64,000 nucleotides of DNA from Spirochaetia bacterium (GCA_965225855.1 CBDDCK010000005.1:1376001-1440000); one strand, 5' to 3'. Shown: positions 9,406 to 18,583, numbered from the stretch's first letter. Notes: a model not told the origin generated them from the letters alone. Numbers and translations: made by a program.

Positions 9406-11244
9406 CTACTTACTAGCCCTAACCACAATCTGATTTGTTAAGTCTTCTGGATTACCCGTTACAAATCCTGCTGCTGCTTCCAGGTTGTATTCACCATTAT
9501 TATCACTATCACCAACCTTAACCAGTATCTTCTCGACTTCCGCTTTTACACTACCGCTTAAAGTAATCTTTAAGCCGCTTCTAATTGCTGAAGAACCTGT
9601 GGCTTTGTTGTTACCTAAAGTTGAGTGCCGTGGTAATTTGTATCTCTTACTACCATCACCGGATACAAGCGTCAATTTGCTAAAGTCCCACTCTGCAACT
9701 GCTCTCGGTAACTTGCTACCGTAAATCACTAACTCGCCTTTATTACGATAGTAGTATACGGTGCTGATAGAGCTTTTGTAGCCACTAACGGTAATAGGGT
9801 TATTGCTTGTGTCTTCTGCGCTACTACCAATTACAAATCCTGCTGCTGCTTCCAGATTGTATGCACCACCATCATCACCAAGACCATTCAGAATCAATGT
9901 AGCACGGACTTTATTTTTTTCATCACCCTTTAAAATAATCGCTAAGAATGTGCCACTTGCTGAAGAACCTGTGGCTCTGTCTTCACCTGTAGTTGAGTGC
10001 TTTTTTAATGGGATACTCTTAAGACCAGTACCTGAGACAAACCTCAATTTGCTAAAGTCCCAGCCATCCACTGTTGACGGTAAATTAGTACCTGTAATCA
10101 CTAACAAGTCTGTAACAGCATCGTAGGTTGCACTGGTAATTGCAGGGTTTCCACTAACGGCCAAGGCTTTGGCTGTATTTAAACCCGCCCAAATACCAGT
10201 GCTAGTAAGCTTACCAACTTTTCTACCATCCTTATTCATACCGGGCTTGGCCTCAAGAGTAGTTTTATCGGCATCGGTAAGGTAAAGCCAAAGCGCTGTG
10301 CCATCGCTTTTAATGCGGTACTTACCTTTTGCAAGACCGTTACTATCTGTCCCAGTGGCTGTGCCATCTGCAGTATAGGAATTTAAGACTACGCCATATA
10401 CTTTGATGGTTTGGATTTGGGCTTGGGTCGCACTACCTAAGTCAGTACCTTGTACGGTTAACAGCGCCGTGCCAACATGGTAGGTTGCACGGGTAATTGC
10501 GGCTTTAGGCGACTGCTCTTCGGCTTTAGGTTGCTTAGGCGACTCTTCTTCAGCTTGTTCAGCTTGTTCGTCTTCAGTTTGCTTACGCGACTGCTCTTCG
10601 ACTTGTTCAGCTTGTTCGACTTGTTCGTCTTCAGTTTGCTTACGCGACTGCTCTTCAGCTTCTTCAGCTTGTTCGACTTCTTCAGCTTGTTCGTCTTCAG
10701 TTTGCTTACGCGACTCTTCTTCGGCTTGTTCGTCTTGTTCGGCTTCGGTTTGCTTAGATGGCTTACCGAGTATATTAACGGTTAAGTCTTTGGCTGTATT
10801 TAAACCCGCCCAAGCACCAGTGCCAACGCTAAGCAACCCTTTTTTTAGACTATCGTTATTCATACCTGTCTTGGCCTCAAGAACAGCTTTATGTTGATTG
10901 GTAAGTCTAAGCCAAAGCGCTGTGCCATCGCTTTTCATACGGTACTTACCTGGTTCAAGACCGTTACTATTTACCCCAGTGGCATCGTCATCTGCAGTAT
11001 AGGAACTGAAGGCTACACCATTTGTTCGGCTTCCTACCCTGATAGTTTGGATTTGCGCTTGGGTCGCAGTTGTAGGACTTAAGTCAGTACCTTGTACGGT
11101 TAAGATAGCCGTGCCAACATCGTAGATGGCGTTATTGATAGTCGGCCCAGAAGATCGATCATCGTCATCGGGTGGGGCGCAGGCAAAGGCCATAAAGGCC
11201 AGTAGCAATGCTACAGGCAATAAAAATAGTTTGAGCTTATACAT
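9406..11244 (-). CDS. Modular surface lipoprotein, paralog 1 (A1-acidic linker-A2-B1-B2; Ig/IPT-like repeats)
   Basis: Start MYKLKL after GGAGG SD; lipobox-like LAFMAFA|CAPPDDDD; repeated modules starting ITxATYxVxTxxLxVxGTxL; homologous to 16067-18431 and 51656-53419. Confidence 0.88.
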   Translation of the reverse strand: MYKLKLFLLPVALLLAFMAFACAPPDDDDRSSGPTINNAIYDVGTAILTVQGTDLSPTTATQAQIQTIRVGSRTNGVAFSSYTADDDATGVNSNGLEPGKYRMKSDGTALWLRLTNQHKAVLEAKTGMNNDSLKKGLLSVGTGAWAGLNTAKDLTVNILGKPSKQTEAEQDEQAEEESRKQTEDEQAEEVEQAEEAEEQSRKQTEDEQVEQAEQVEEQSRKQTEDEQAEQAEEESPKQPKAEEQSPKAAITRATYHVGTALLTVQGTDLGSATQAQIQTIKVYGVVLNSYTADGTATGTDSNGLAKGKYRIKSDGTALWLYLTDADKTTLEAKPGMNKDGRKVGKLTSTGIWAGLNTAKALAVSGNPAITSATYDAVTDLLVITGTNLPSTVDGWDFSKLRFVSGTGLKSIPLKKHSTTGEDRATGSSASGTFLAIILKGDEKNKVRATLILNGLGDDGGAYNLEAAAGFVIGSSAEDTSNNPITVSGYKSSISTVYYYRNKGELVIYGSKLPRAVAEWDFSKLTLVSGDGSKRYKLPRHSTLGNNKATGSSAIRSGLKITLSGSVKAEVEKILVKVGDSDNNGEYNLEAAAGFVTGNPEDLTNQIVVRASK

Positions 11245-11308
11245 AAGCAATACCTCCAAAAATGGCTTGAGATTGACAAAACCCATACGGGCTATTGTAT
11301 AGTGCCCT

Positions 11309-11334
11309 ATTTTGTGAGGGGGGTGTTGCGTCAA
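11309..11334 (-). promoter_or_regulatory. Conserved putative sigma70 promoter with C6 tract (paralog 1)
   Basis: TTGACG-caaca-C6-tca-CAAAAT on the coding strand; 14-nt spacer; same element upstream of all three paralogs. Confidence 0.55.
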
Positions 11335-11635
11335 GGCCCATACAAGCTTTTTGTAAGTTTTTTTGTGCTTTTTTTATGTTTTAGTGTTGTAGGCAAAACA
11401 GCCACGGGAATAATTCCCTGTGGCTGTTTGCTTAATAGTGATGGTTTAAAGTATAGAAGAGCTGTTGCGTTTCGTATGATCGTACGAAACATCATGGCAC
11501 AAAGTATAAGAATAAGAATTTGAGTTTTTTGTATCGCAGTACAGCCCAGTTTTTAGCAAAATAATACAATACAATTTTTTGCGATTTTTTTAGAGACTGC
11601 CACAGTCTCGTTGGAAAATCCCTAGGTTGCCAATC

Positions 11636-11700
11636 AAAAAAGCTAGTAAGGTTTTCAGTCAAAACCTTACTAGCTTTTTTGAAAACCTTACTAGCTTTTT
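11636..11700. repeat. 20-bp perfect inverted repeat plus tandem copy of the right arm
   Basis: AAAAAAGCTAGTAAGGTTTT-cagtc-AAAACCTTACTAGCTTTTTT followed by GAAAACCTTACTAGCTTTTT. Confidence 0.9.
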
Positions 11701-11951
11701 GAGACTACGGCCCGTTACCATGATATTTTGAAAGCATATTGTTGCCCAATTACTGCCGACAATGGCCCATATGCCGAAAAACAAAAATTTTTTACCTTTT
11801 TATTTTGGAAAGTAAGCCAATTTTTACCTTCCATTTGTGCCCAAAAAAATCCCGAGTTATCGCGTCTTATCCCGTTCAGTTATCATGTCCCGTATCAGAT
11901 AGGCTGACATTATTATTAGATAAAGGCTTTTCAGCTTTATCTAATAAATAT

Positions 11952-12010
11952 AAGATTGTAGCAATAATAAAAGGGTAGAGCTTCTACCCTTTTATTATTG
12001 CTACAATCTT
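11952..12010. repeat. Perfect 28-bp inverted repeat with 3-nt loop
   Basis: AAGATTGTAGCAATAATAAAAGGGTAGA-gct-TCTACCCTTTTATTATTGCTACAATCTT. Confidence 0.95.
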
Positions 12011-12038
12011 TTTCCAATCAGTAAGTGCTCAAACTAAA

Positions 12039-12359
12039 ATGAAATTTAACCATATCGGCATACCAACCCACAAGCCTTTTCCAGGTGAGCAAGATTTGCC
12101 TCACCTAAAAATGACTGTTTCAGACCATCAGGCCAACCCATTTGGCATACAATGGCAACGCTATTGGCCAGATGCCCCATACCCCGAATTAGTCAAAACC
12201 ATACCCCACGTTGCCTTTGAAGTAGAAGATATACAACAAGCCTTAAAAGGCCAAAAAGTAATAATACAACCCAATTCACCCAGTGAAGGCTTAATAGTGG
12301 CTTTTATTGAAGTAGATGGCGCACCGGTTGAACTAATGGAATACCAACAAAAAGCCTAA
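12039..12359 (+). CDS. VOC/glyoxalase-like protein
   Basis: MKFNHIGIP...HVAFEVEDI...AFIEVDGAPVELME pattern typical of the VOC fold. Confidence 0.75.
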   Translation: MKFNHIGIPTHKPFPGEQDLPHLKMTVSDHQANPFGIQWQRYWPDAPYPELVKTIPHVAFEVEDIQQALKGQKVIIQPNSPSEGLIVAFIEVDGAPVELMEYQQKA

Positions 12360-12435
12360 GCACACGCTTAGTATATTTACTTGCACATGATAATTTTATT
12401 TCTTGTGCCATAACTCTTGATAATTAAACCTTAAT

Positions 12436-12481
12436 AAATAAACTTTGATATTAAATATTCATTTAATATCAAAGTTTATTT
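12436..12481. repeat. Perfect 21-bp inverted repeat (possible terminator)
   Basis: AAATAAACTTTGATATTAAAT-attc-ATTTAATATCAAAGTTTATTT. Confidence 0.9.
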
Positions 12482-12495
12482 TTGTAAAATTTATC

Positions 12496-12524
12496 TTGCC
12501 AGGCTCATAGATACCTGCTATTAT
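12496..12524 (+). promoter_or_regulatory. Putative sigma70 promoter of the nqr-like operon
   Basis: TTGCCA-17 nt-TATTAT (overlapping TATAAT). Confidence 0.5.
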
Positions 12525-12622
12525 AATGGCCTCTATACAAGCATAAGCATGTGTGCTTGCGCTATTATTACTTTTTAGTTATGGCTAAATATTTATCAAA
12601 TAACTATTTAAGGAGGAATAAC

Positions 12623-13660
12623 ATGTTTCAAAAACAGCCAATGATGCGGAAGGTTTTATACGCTCTCGCACCTATTGCTCTATGGTCTATTTATTTATAC
12701 GGCTGGCGCAGTTTGGCCATTATTCTCATTTCTGTCATTTTTGGGTTATTGACAGAGTATTTGTACCTAAAGTACACAGACCCTAAAAAGAAGGTTACGG
12801 AAGCTGTTTTAGTCAGTTCGGTATTGTACGGTATGGGAATGCCTCCGGCTTTACCATTGGCAATGGTTCCCGTAGGTATAGTTTTAGCGGTTATCTTAGG
12901 AAAAATGGCCTTTGGTGGTTTTGGCCGCAACTTATTTAACCCTGCCATTACAGGCCGCGTGTTAATGTATTTGATCTTCTCTGGCCCCATGGCTTCTAAA
13001 TGGTTTATGCCCGGCAATTTTGGCCTAAATTTTGATGGCAACACCACTGCAACACCTTTATTGCAAGTTCGCTCTGGTATGGACTTAGGTTCCATAATGG
13101 ATAGCAGTACTGGTGCTGGCAACCCATGGTTGGTCGATCTGTTAGTTGGTTTCCGTGGTTCTTCGGTAGGCGAAGGTGCTACGCTACTGATTCTCTTGGG
13201 TGCAGCTTATTTGTTGAAAACCAATACAGCTAGTTGGCGTTTAATGCTAAGTGGCGTAATTGGTTTCTTAATTCCAGCGATATTTTTGAGCCCTCAATTT
13301 TTTAATGTAGCGGTATTAGGCCCTGCCATTGACCCAATAGTAAACCTTTTTTCCGGTAGCTTTTTGTTTGTTTGTGTCTTTATGCTAACAGACCCTGTAA
13401 GTGCACCTAAAAAACGCCCATCGCTATGGTTTTACGGTGTGATCTTTGGTTTGGTAACGGTGTTAGTTCGTTACTTTGCACCATCATTTCCAGAAGGAAC
13501 AAGTTTTGGGATACTCGTGGCCAATGTATTTGCCCCTTTTATTGATGAATTTTTCCCTAAAGCCCCCAATGCTGTTGCCCCAGCAAAAAAGAAAAAACCC
13601 AAACAACCCACCAAACAACCCACCAAACAAGCTGCAGCAGTAGCTCCAGCAAAAGCATAG
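12623..13660 (+). CDS. NqrB/RnfD family ion-translocating oxidoreductase subunit
   Basis: Start MFQKQP after AGGAGG; FGGFGRNLFNPA, FMN-binding TTATPL, FMLTDPVSAP, PEGTSFGILVANVFAP. Confidence 0.92.
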   Translation: MFQKQPMMRKVLYALAPIALWSIYLYGWRSLAIILISVIFGLLTEYLYLKYTDPKKKVTEAVLVSSVLYGMGMPPALPLAMVPVGIVLAVILGKMAFGGFGRNLFNPAITGRVLMYLIFSGPMASKWFMPGNFGLNFDGNTTATPLLQVRSGMDLGSIMDSSTGAGNPWLVDLLVGFRGSSVGEGATLLILLGAAYLLKTNTASWRLMLSGVIGFLIPAIFLSPQFFNVAVLGPAIDPIVNLFSGSFLFVCVFMLTDPVSAPKKRPSLWFYGVIFGLVTVLVRYFAPSFPEGTSFGILVANVFAPFIDEFFPKAPNAVAPAKKKKPKQPTKQPTKQAAAVAPAKA

Positions 13661-13669
13661 GAGTACCCA

Positions 13670-14254
13670 ATGAGAGATAATTTTGCGTATAGCACTGTTT
13701 TTACTTTTGTTTTGGCTTTTGCCCTAGTATTGGCATTAGCTTGGATTTACGAAGCTACCGAACCGCAAGTCCTTTTAAACCAGCAAGAAGAGCTAGCTAA
13801 AGGTACTTTAAATGCTCTTGGTCTGGATTTAACCTCAAACCCTGTCAATGCCTTTGAAAAACAATTTGGTAAATCCCCAGCCGAAATTTCCAAAATGGAA
13901 GAGATAATGGTTGATGATCAAAAAGTAAAAGTCTTGCAGTTTTCAGGCATGGGCCTATGGGATCGCATCAGTGGCGTTATTGCTGTCAACTCCGATGTAT
14001 CGGAAATTATCGGGCTCTCGATTCTCGAACAAAAAGAGACGCCCGGTTTGGGTGGTCGCATAAGTGAAGAAGAATTCCAAGAACAATTTCGCGGCCAGAA
14101 AATTGGCGATGTAATCAATATGACTCCTTCTACAGGTGATGCGTATAGTCCTGAACGCGATGATTCTGCTTTTGATGCTATTTCTGGCGCTACATTGACT
14201 TCTATGTTTTTTGCCACAATTGTGAATGAAGCTGTTGACGAGCTGAAAAATTGA
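13670..14254 (+). CDS. NqrC/RnfG family FMN-binding subunit
   Basis: GMGLW, KETPGLG, FDAISGATLTS. Confidence 0.92.
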   Translation: MRDNFAYSTVFTFVLAFALVLALAWIYEATEPQVLLNQQEELAKGTLNALGLDLTSNPVNAFEKQFGKSPAEISKMEEIMVDDQKVKVLQFSGMGLWDRISGVIAVNSDVSEIIGLSILEQKETPGLGGRISEEEFQEQFRGQKIGDVINMTPSTGDAYSPERDDSAFDAISGATLTSMFFATIVNEAVDELKN

Positions 14255-14278
14255 GAAAGGAGATAGGAGAAATTTGAA

Positions 14279-14881
14279 ATGCACGACTCACCTATGACGA
14301 TATTGAAAAATAACCTCTGGTATCAAAATCCAATTTTTGTTCAGATATTAGGCATTTGTTCCGCATTAGCGGTTACCAATAATCTAGCAAACACTTTAAT
14401 TATGACTGTGGGTGTGATGTTTGTTACAGCTTTGAGTAATTTAACTGTGTCTATCTTAAAAGAATTGATCCCATTTAAAGTGCGTATGATAGTGCAAACT
14501 TTGATCATTGCCACATACGTAATTATTGTGGACATGGTTTTAAAGGCTTATTTTCCAGCAGCTAGTAAAGTTTTAGGCGCTTATGTTGGCCTTATTATTA
14601 CAAACTGTATTATCATGGGGCGGGCTGAAGCCTTTGCTTTATCCAACCCAGTGATTTTGTCTTTTTGGGACGGATTGACATCTGGCTTGGGATACATGGC
14701 CGTTTTAGTGGTTATCGCTGTTATTCGCCAACTATTCGGTTTTGGTACATTTTTGAACTACCCCGTGCCTCTGATTATTGATATGCCGAAATGGACGATT
14801 ATGACTATGCCAGCCAGTGCGTTCTTTTTATTAGGTACTATCATTTGGATCGTTCGCGGTAAATTTATTAAGGAAAAATAA
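14279..14881 (+). CDS. NqrD/RnfE family subunit
   Basis: NPIFVQILGICSALAVT, VGLIITNCIIMGRAEAFA (NqrD-like). Confidence 0.93.
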   Translation: MHDSPMTILKNNLWYQNPIFVQILGICSALAVTNNLANTLIMTVGVMFVTALSNLTVSILKELIPFKVRMIVQTLIIATYVIIVDMVLKAYFPAASKVLGAYVGLIITNCIIMGRAEAFALSNPVILSFWDGLTSGLGYMAVLVVIAVIRQLFGFGTFLNYPVPLIIDMPKWTIMTMPASAFFLLGTIIWIVRGKFIKEK

Positions 14882-14882
14882 A

Positions 14883-15485
14883 ATGGAATCATTAGCACCA
14901 AATATTAACCCTTGGGTACTTTTATTTGCCTCGGTTTTTACCAGTAACATTTTGCTCAGTAATTTTCTGGGCATGTGTTCATTCATCGCTATTTCTAAGG
15001 ATCAAAAGTCTTCAATGGGTTTGGGTATGGCCGTTACCGTAGTTTTGGTGATTACCGTTGCTTTAAGTTGGTTAGTACGCAATTATGTTTTAGTGCCATT
15101 GAATATTGAATATCTGGGCTACATTGTCTACATTGGTTTAATCGCCGCCGTAGTGCAAATGTTGGAAATGCTCATCGATCGGCTTTCGCCTTCTTTGTAT
15201 ATGGCTTTGGGGATTTTCTTGCCATTGATTACGGTAAATTGTGCTATTTTGGGTGCCGTTTTATTTATGGTATTGCGTAATTACAGTTTACTACAAAGTA
15301 TTACTTTTGCTTTGGGTAGTGGCCTCGGTTGGTGGTTGGCTATTGTCCTTTTAGCTGCAATGCAAAAGCGTATTGCCAAAGCTCCACTAGCACCTGGCTT
15401 GCGAGGCCCAGCTATTACTCTGTTTTTGATCGGTTATATGGCTTTAGCTTTTACAGGCTTTGTCGCCATGATACCGGTTTCTTAA
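14883..15485 (+). CDS. NqrE/RnfA family subunit
   Basis: FLGMCSFIAISK, LGIFLPLITVNCAILG (NqrE-like). Confidence 0.93.
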   Translation: MESLAPNINPWVLLFASVFTSNILLSNFLGMCSFIAISKDQKSSMGLGMAVTVVLVITVALSWLVRNYVLVPLNIEYLGYIVYIGLIAAVVQMLEMLIDRLSPSLYMALGIFLPLITVNCAILGAVLFMVLRNYSLLQSITFALGSGLGWWLAIVLLAAMQKRIAKAPLAPGLRGPAITLFLIGYMALAFTGFVAMIPVS

Positions 15486-15513
15486 TTCCTTTTATGCATA
15501 TTTATGCCAACTT

Positions 15514-15729
15514 TTAGAAACGGCAAATAATTATTGCTGACTTGCAGGTTTTGCTTCTGCGTGCATGGCTTCTGTTAGCGTGTTGTTCACGATTATTATG
15601 GCTTTGCTGCTGTTGTTTCTCAAAATATTCTGAAATAATTTTAATTTTGCTATGGTGGTGGCCTTCCTTATCTTGCCAGCGGTCTTGTTGTAAACGGCCA
15701 ACGACTTTTACATGGCTGCCTTTTTGCAT
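15514..15729 (-). pseudogene. ssb: Truncated single-stranded DNA-binding protein (C-terminal half of OB fold)
   Basis: KGSHVKVVGRLQQDRWQDKEGHHHSKIKIISE matches SSB; N-terminal half and acidic DDIPF tip absent. Confidence 0.75.
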
Positions 15730-15867
15730 AGCAATTAAAGCTCTAAGCTATAGGAAATGAAACTTTTCCTTGCTATTTTCTGTTAAAGAATAAGTCGCTT
15801 ATTTTGATGTTGGAAGCTCTATGCCTAAAATTTTTGGTAAAAAGTCAACGCAACAGTTTGGTTGTTC

Positions 15868-15938
15868 CAGCCTTGATAAAAAAATTTACCAAGGCTATAA
15901 TTGGTAAAAGCAGCCTTGATAAAAAACTTACCAAGGCT
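15868..15938. repeat. Tandem pair of hairpin repeats downstream of lipoprotein paralog 2
   Basis: CAGCCTTGATAAAAAA(AT/C)TTACCAAGGCT twice; second 46 bp identical to 9324-9369. Confidence 0.85.
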
Positions 15939-16066
15939 TGGCCAAAGTTTATCTTGTTAAAAAAAAGCCAACCAAGCATTGCTTGCAGCATTTACTTGGT
16001 TGGCCGCCCACTAGCTTTCATTTAGCTGCTCTAAGAGCTATTGGGCAAGCGCAGTCAAACTAAAAA

Positions 16067-18431
16067 TTATTCAATGATAATATAATTATTTTTTGTGTCT
16101 GCTGGACTACCCATTACAAATCCTGCTGCTGCTTCAAGGTTGTGAAGACCAACCTTAACCAGTATCTTATCGGCTTCCGCTTTTACACTACCGCTTAAAG
16201 TAATCGTTAAGCTTGTTGTACTTGCCGAACCTGTGGCTGTGTTTTCACCTATTGCGTGCCGGGGTAATGTGTATTTCTTCTTACCATCACCGGATACAAG
16301 CGTCAATTTGCTAAAGTCCCAGCTATCCAATGTTGTCGGTAACTTGCTACCATTAATTACTAACACGCCTGTACGAGGATTGTAGGTTGAGTGTTTGATC
16401 TGGCTTACATACCCACTAACGGTAATAGGATTGGTTGTGTCTTCTGCCCTACCACCTGCAAATCCTGCTGCTGCTTCCAGATTGTATGCACCAGCATCAT
16501 CACTATCACCATTAGTAACCAGTATATCATAGGCTTTATTGTATTCAGTACCCTTTAAAGTAATCGTTAAGCTTGTTGCACTTGCTGCAGAACCTGTGGC
16601 ACTGTTTATACCGGTTGGTTGGTGCCAGAATAATGGTTGACTCTTACGACCATCACCTGCAACAAACCTCAATTTGGTGAAGTCCCAGCCATCCACTGTT
16701 GACGGTAAATTGACACCTGTAATCACTAACACGCCTGTAGCAACATTGTAGGTTGCACTGGTAATTGCGGGTGCGTTACTATTAACAACGGCCAAGCCTT
16801 TGGCTGTATCTAAACCTGCCCAAGTGCCAGTGCCAACGCTAAGCAACCCATCTTTTAGACCATCGCTATCCATACCGTCCTTGCCATTCAGAGTAGCTTT
16901 ATCGGTATCGGTAAGGTAAAGCCAAAGCGCTGTGCCAGCGCTATGCAGGCGGTACTTACCTTTTGCAAGACCGCGACTATCTGACCCAGTGGCTGTGGCA
17001 TCTGCAATATAGGAACTTAAGGCTAAGCCAGCTACCGTGATAGTTTGGATTTGCGCTTGGGTCGCAGTTGTAGGACTTAAGTTAGAACCTTGTACAGTTA
17101 ACAGCGCCGTGCCAACATGGTAGCTTGCACCGGTAATTGCAGCTTCGGGGTTTCCACTAACGGCCAAGGCTTTGGCTGTATCTAAACCCGCCCAAGTACC
17201 AGTGCCAACGCTAAGCAACCCATCTTTTAGACCATTGGTATTCATACCGTCCTTGCCATTCAGAGTAGCTTTATGTTGATCGGTAAGTACCGCGACTATC
17301 TGGCCCAGTGGCTGTGGCATCTGCAATATAGGAACTTAAGGCTAGGCCATCTACCACGATGGTTTGGATTTGGGCTTGGGTCGCACTACCTAAGTCAGTA
17401 CCTTGTACAGTTAACAGCGCCGTGCCAACATGGTAGGTTGCACCGGTAATTGCGGCTTTAGGCGACTCCTCTTCAGCTTGTTCGACTTGTTCGTCTTTAG
17501 GTTGCTTAGGCGACTCCTCTTCAGCTTGTTCGACTTGTTCGTCTTTAGGTTGCTTAGGCGACTCCTCTTCAGCTTGTTCGACTTGTTCGTCTTTAGGTTG
17601 CTTAGGCGACTCCTCTTCAGCTTGTTCGACTTGTTCGTCTTTAGGTTGCTTAGGCGACTCCTCTTCAGCTTGTTCGACTTGTTCGTCTTTAGGTTGCTTA
17701 GGCGACTCCTCTTCAGCTTGTTCGACTTGTTCGTCTTTAGGTTGCTTAGGCGACTCCTCTTCAGCTTGTTCGACTTGTTCGTCTTTAGGTTGCTTAGGCG
17801 ACTCCTCTTCAGCTTGTTCGACTTGTTCGTCTTTAGGTTGCTTAGGCGACTCCTCTTCAGCTTGTTCGACTTGTTTGTCTTTAGGTTGCTTAGGCGATTG
17901 ATCATCGACTTCTTCGGTTTGTTCGGCTTCGGGTAACTTAGGCGACTCTTCTTCGGTTTCGGTCTGCTTATCGGGTATATTGCTAACGGTTAAGTCTTTG
18001 GCTGTATCTAAACCCGCCCAAGCACCAGAGCTAGTAAGCAACCCTTTTTTTAGACCATTGCTACCCACCTTGGCCTCAAGAGCAGCTTTATGTTCATCTT
18101 TAAGTTTCAGCCAAAGCTTTGTGCCATCGGTTGCAATACGGTACTTACCTTTTGCAAGATCGCTACTATCTGGCCCAGTGGCTGGGTCATCTGCAATATA
18201 GGAACTTAAGGCTAAGCCAGCTACCCTGATAGTTTGGATTTGCGCTTGGGTCGCACTGGTAGGACTTAAGTTAGAACCTTGTACGGTTAGCAGCGCCGTG
18301 CCAAAGTCGTACATGGCGTTATTGATAGTCGGCCCAGAAGATCGATCATCGTCATCGGGTGGTGCGCAGGCCAAGGCCATAAAGGCCAGTAGCCAGGCTA
18401 CAGGCAATAAAAGTAGTTTGAGCTTATACAT
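16067..18431 (-). pseudogene. Modular surface lipoprotein, paralog 2 (A1-9x16 aa linker-A2-A3-B1-B2), frameshifted by a 53-nt deletion at 17288/17289
   Basis: ORFs 17271-18467 and 16067-17326 are two halves; alignment to paralogs 1 and 3 shows 53 nt missing between CGGTAAGT and ACCGCGAC. Confidence 0.85.
17461..17892 (-). repeat. 48-bp coding tandem repeat x9 (EEESPKQPKDEQVEQA)
   Basis: GGCGACTCCTCTTCAGCTTGTTCGACTTGTTCGTCTTTAGGTTGCTTA; eight identical units and one single-base variant. Confidence 0.95.
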
Positions 18432-18494
18432 AAGCAATACCTCCAACAATGGATAAAGATTGGCCAACCCATACGGGCTAGTGTGTAAATCCCT

Positions 18495-18520
18495 ATTTTG
18501 CTAGGGGGGTGTTGCGTCAA
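18495..18520 (-). promoter_or_regulatory. Conserved putative promoter with C6 tract (paralog 2)
   Basis: TTGACG-caaca-C6-tag-CAAAAT, 14-nt spacer. Confidence 0.55.
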
Positions 18521-18583
18521 GGCCTATACAAGCTTTTTATAAGTTTTTTTGTGCTTTTTTTATGTTTTTGTGTTTTTTAGTGC

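Noticed and set aside
11952..12481. Integron cassette (attC-flanked VOC gene)
   Set aside because: The hairpins are perfect, lack the extrahelical bases and RYYYAAC/GTTRRRY ends of attC sites, and no integrase is present
17461..17892. 48-bp repeats as a CRISPR array
   Set aside because: Head-to-tail with no spacers, in-frame inside a lipoprotein gene, no cas genes
17411..17936. ORFs 17411-17905(-), 17430-17936(+), 10477-10785(+), 52735-52974(-)
   Set aside because: Alternative-frame or antisense shadows of the coding tandem repeats
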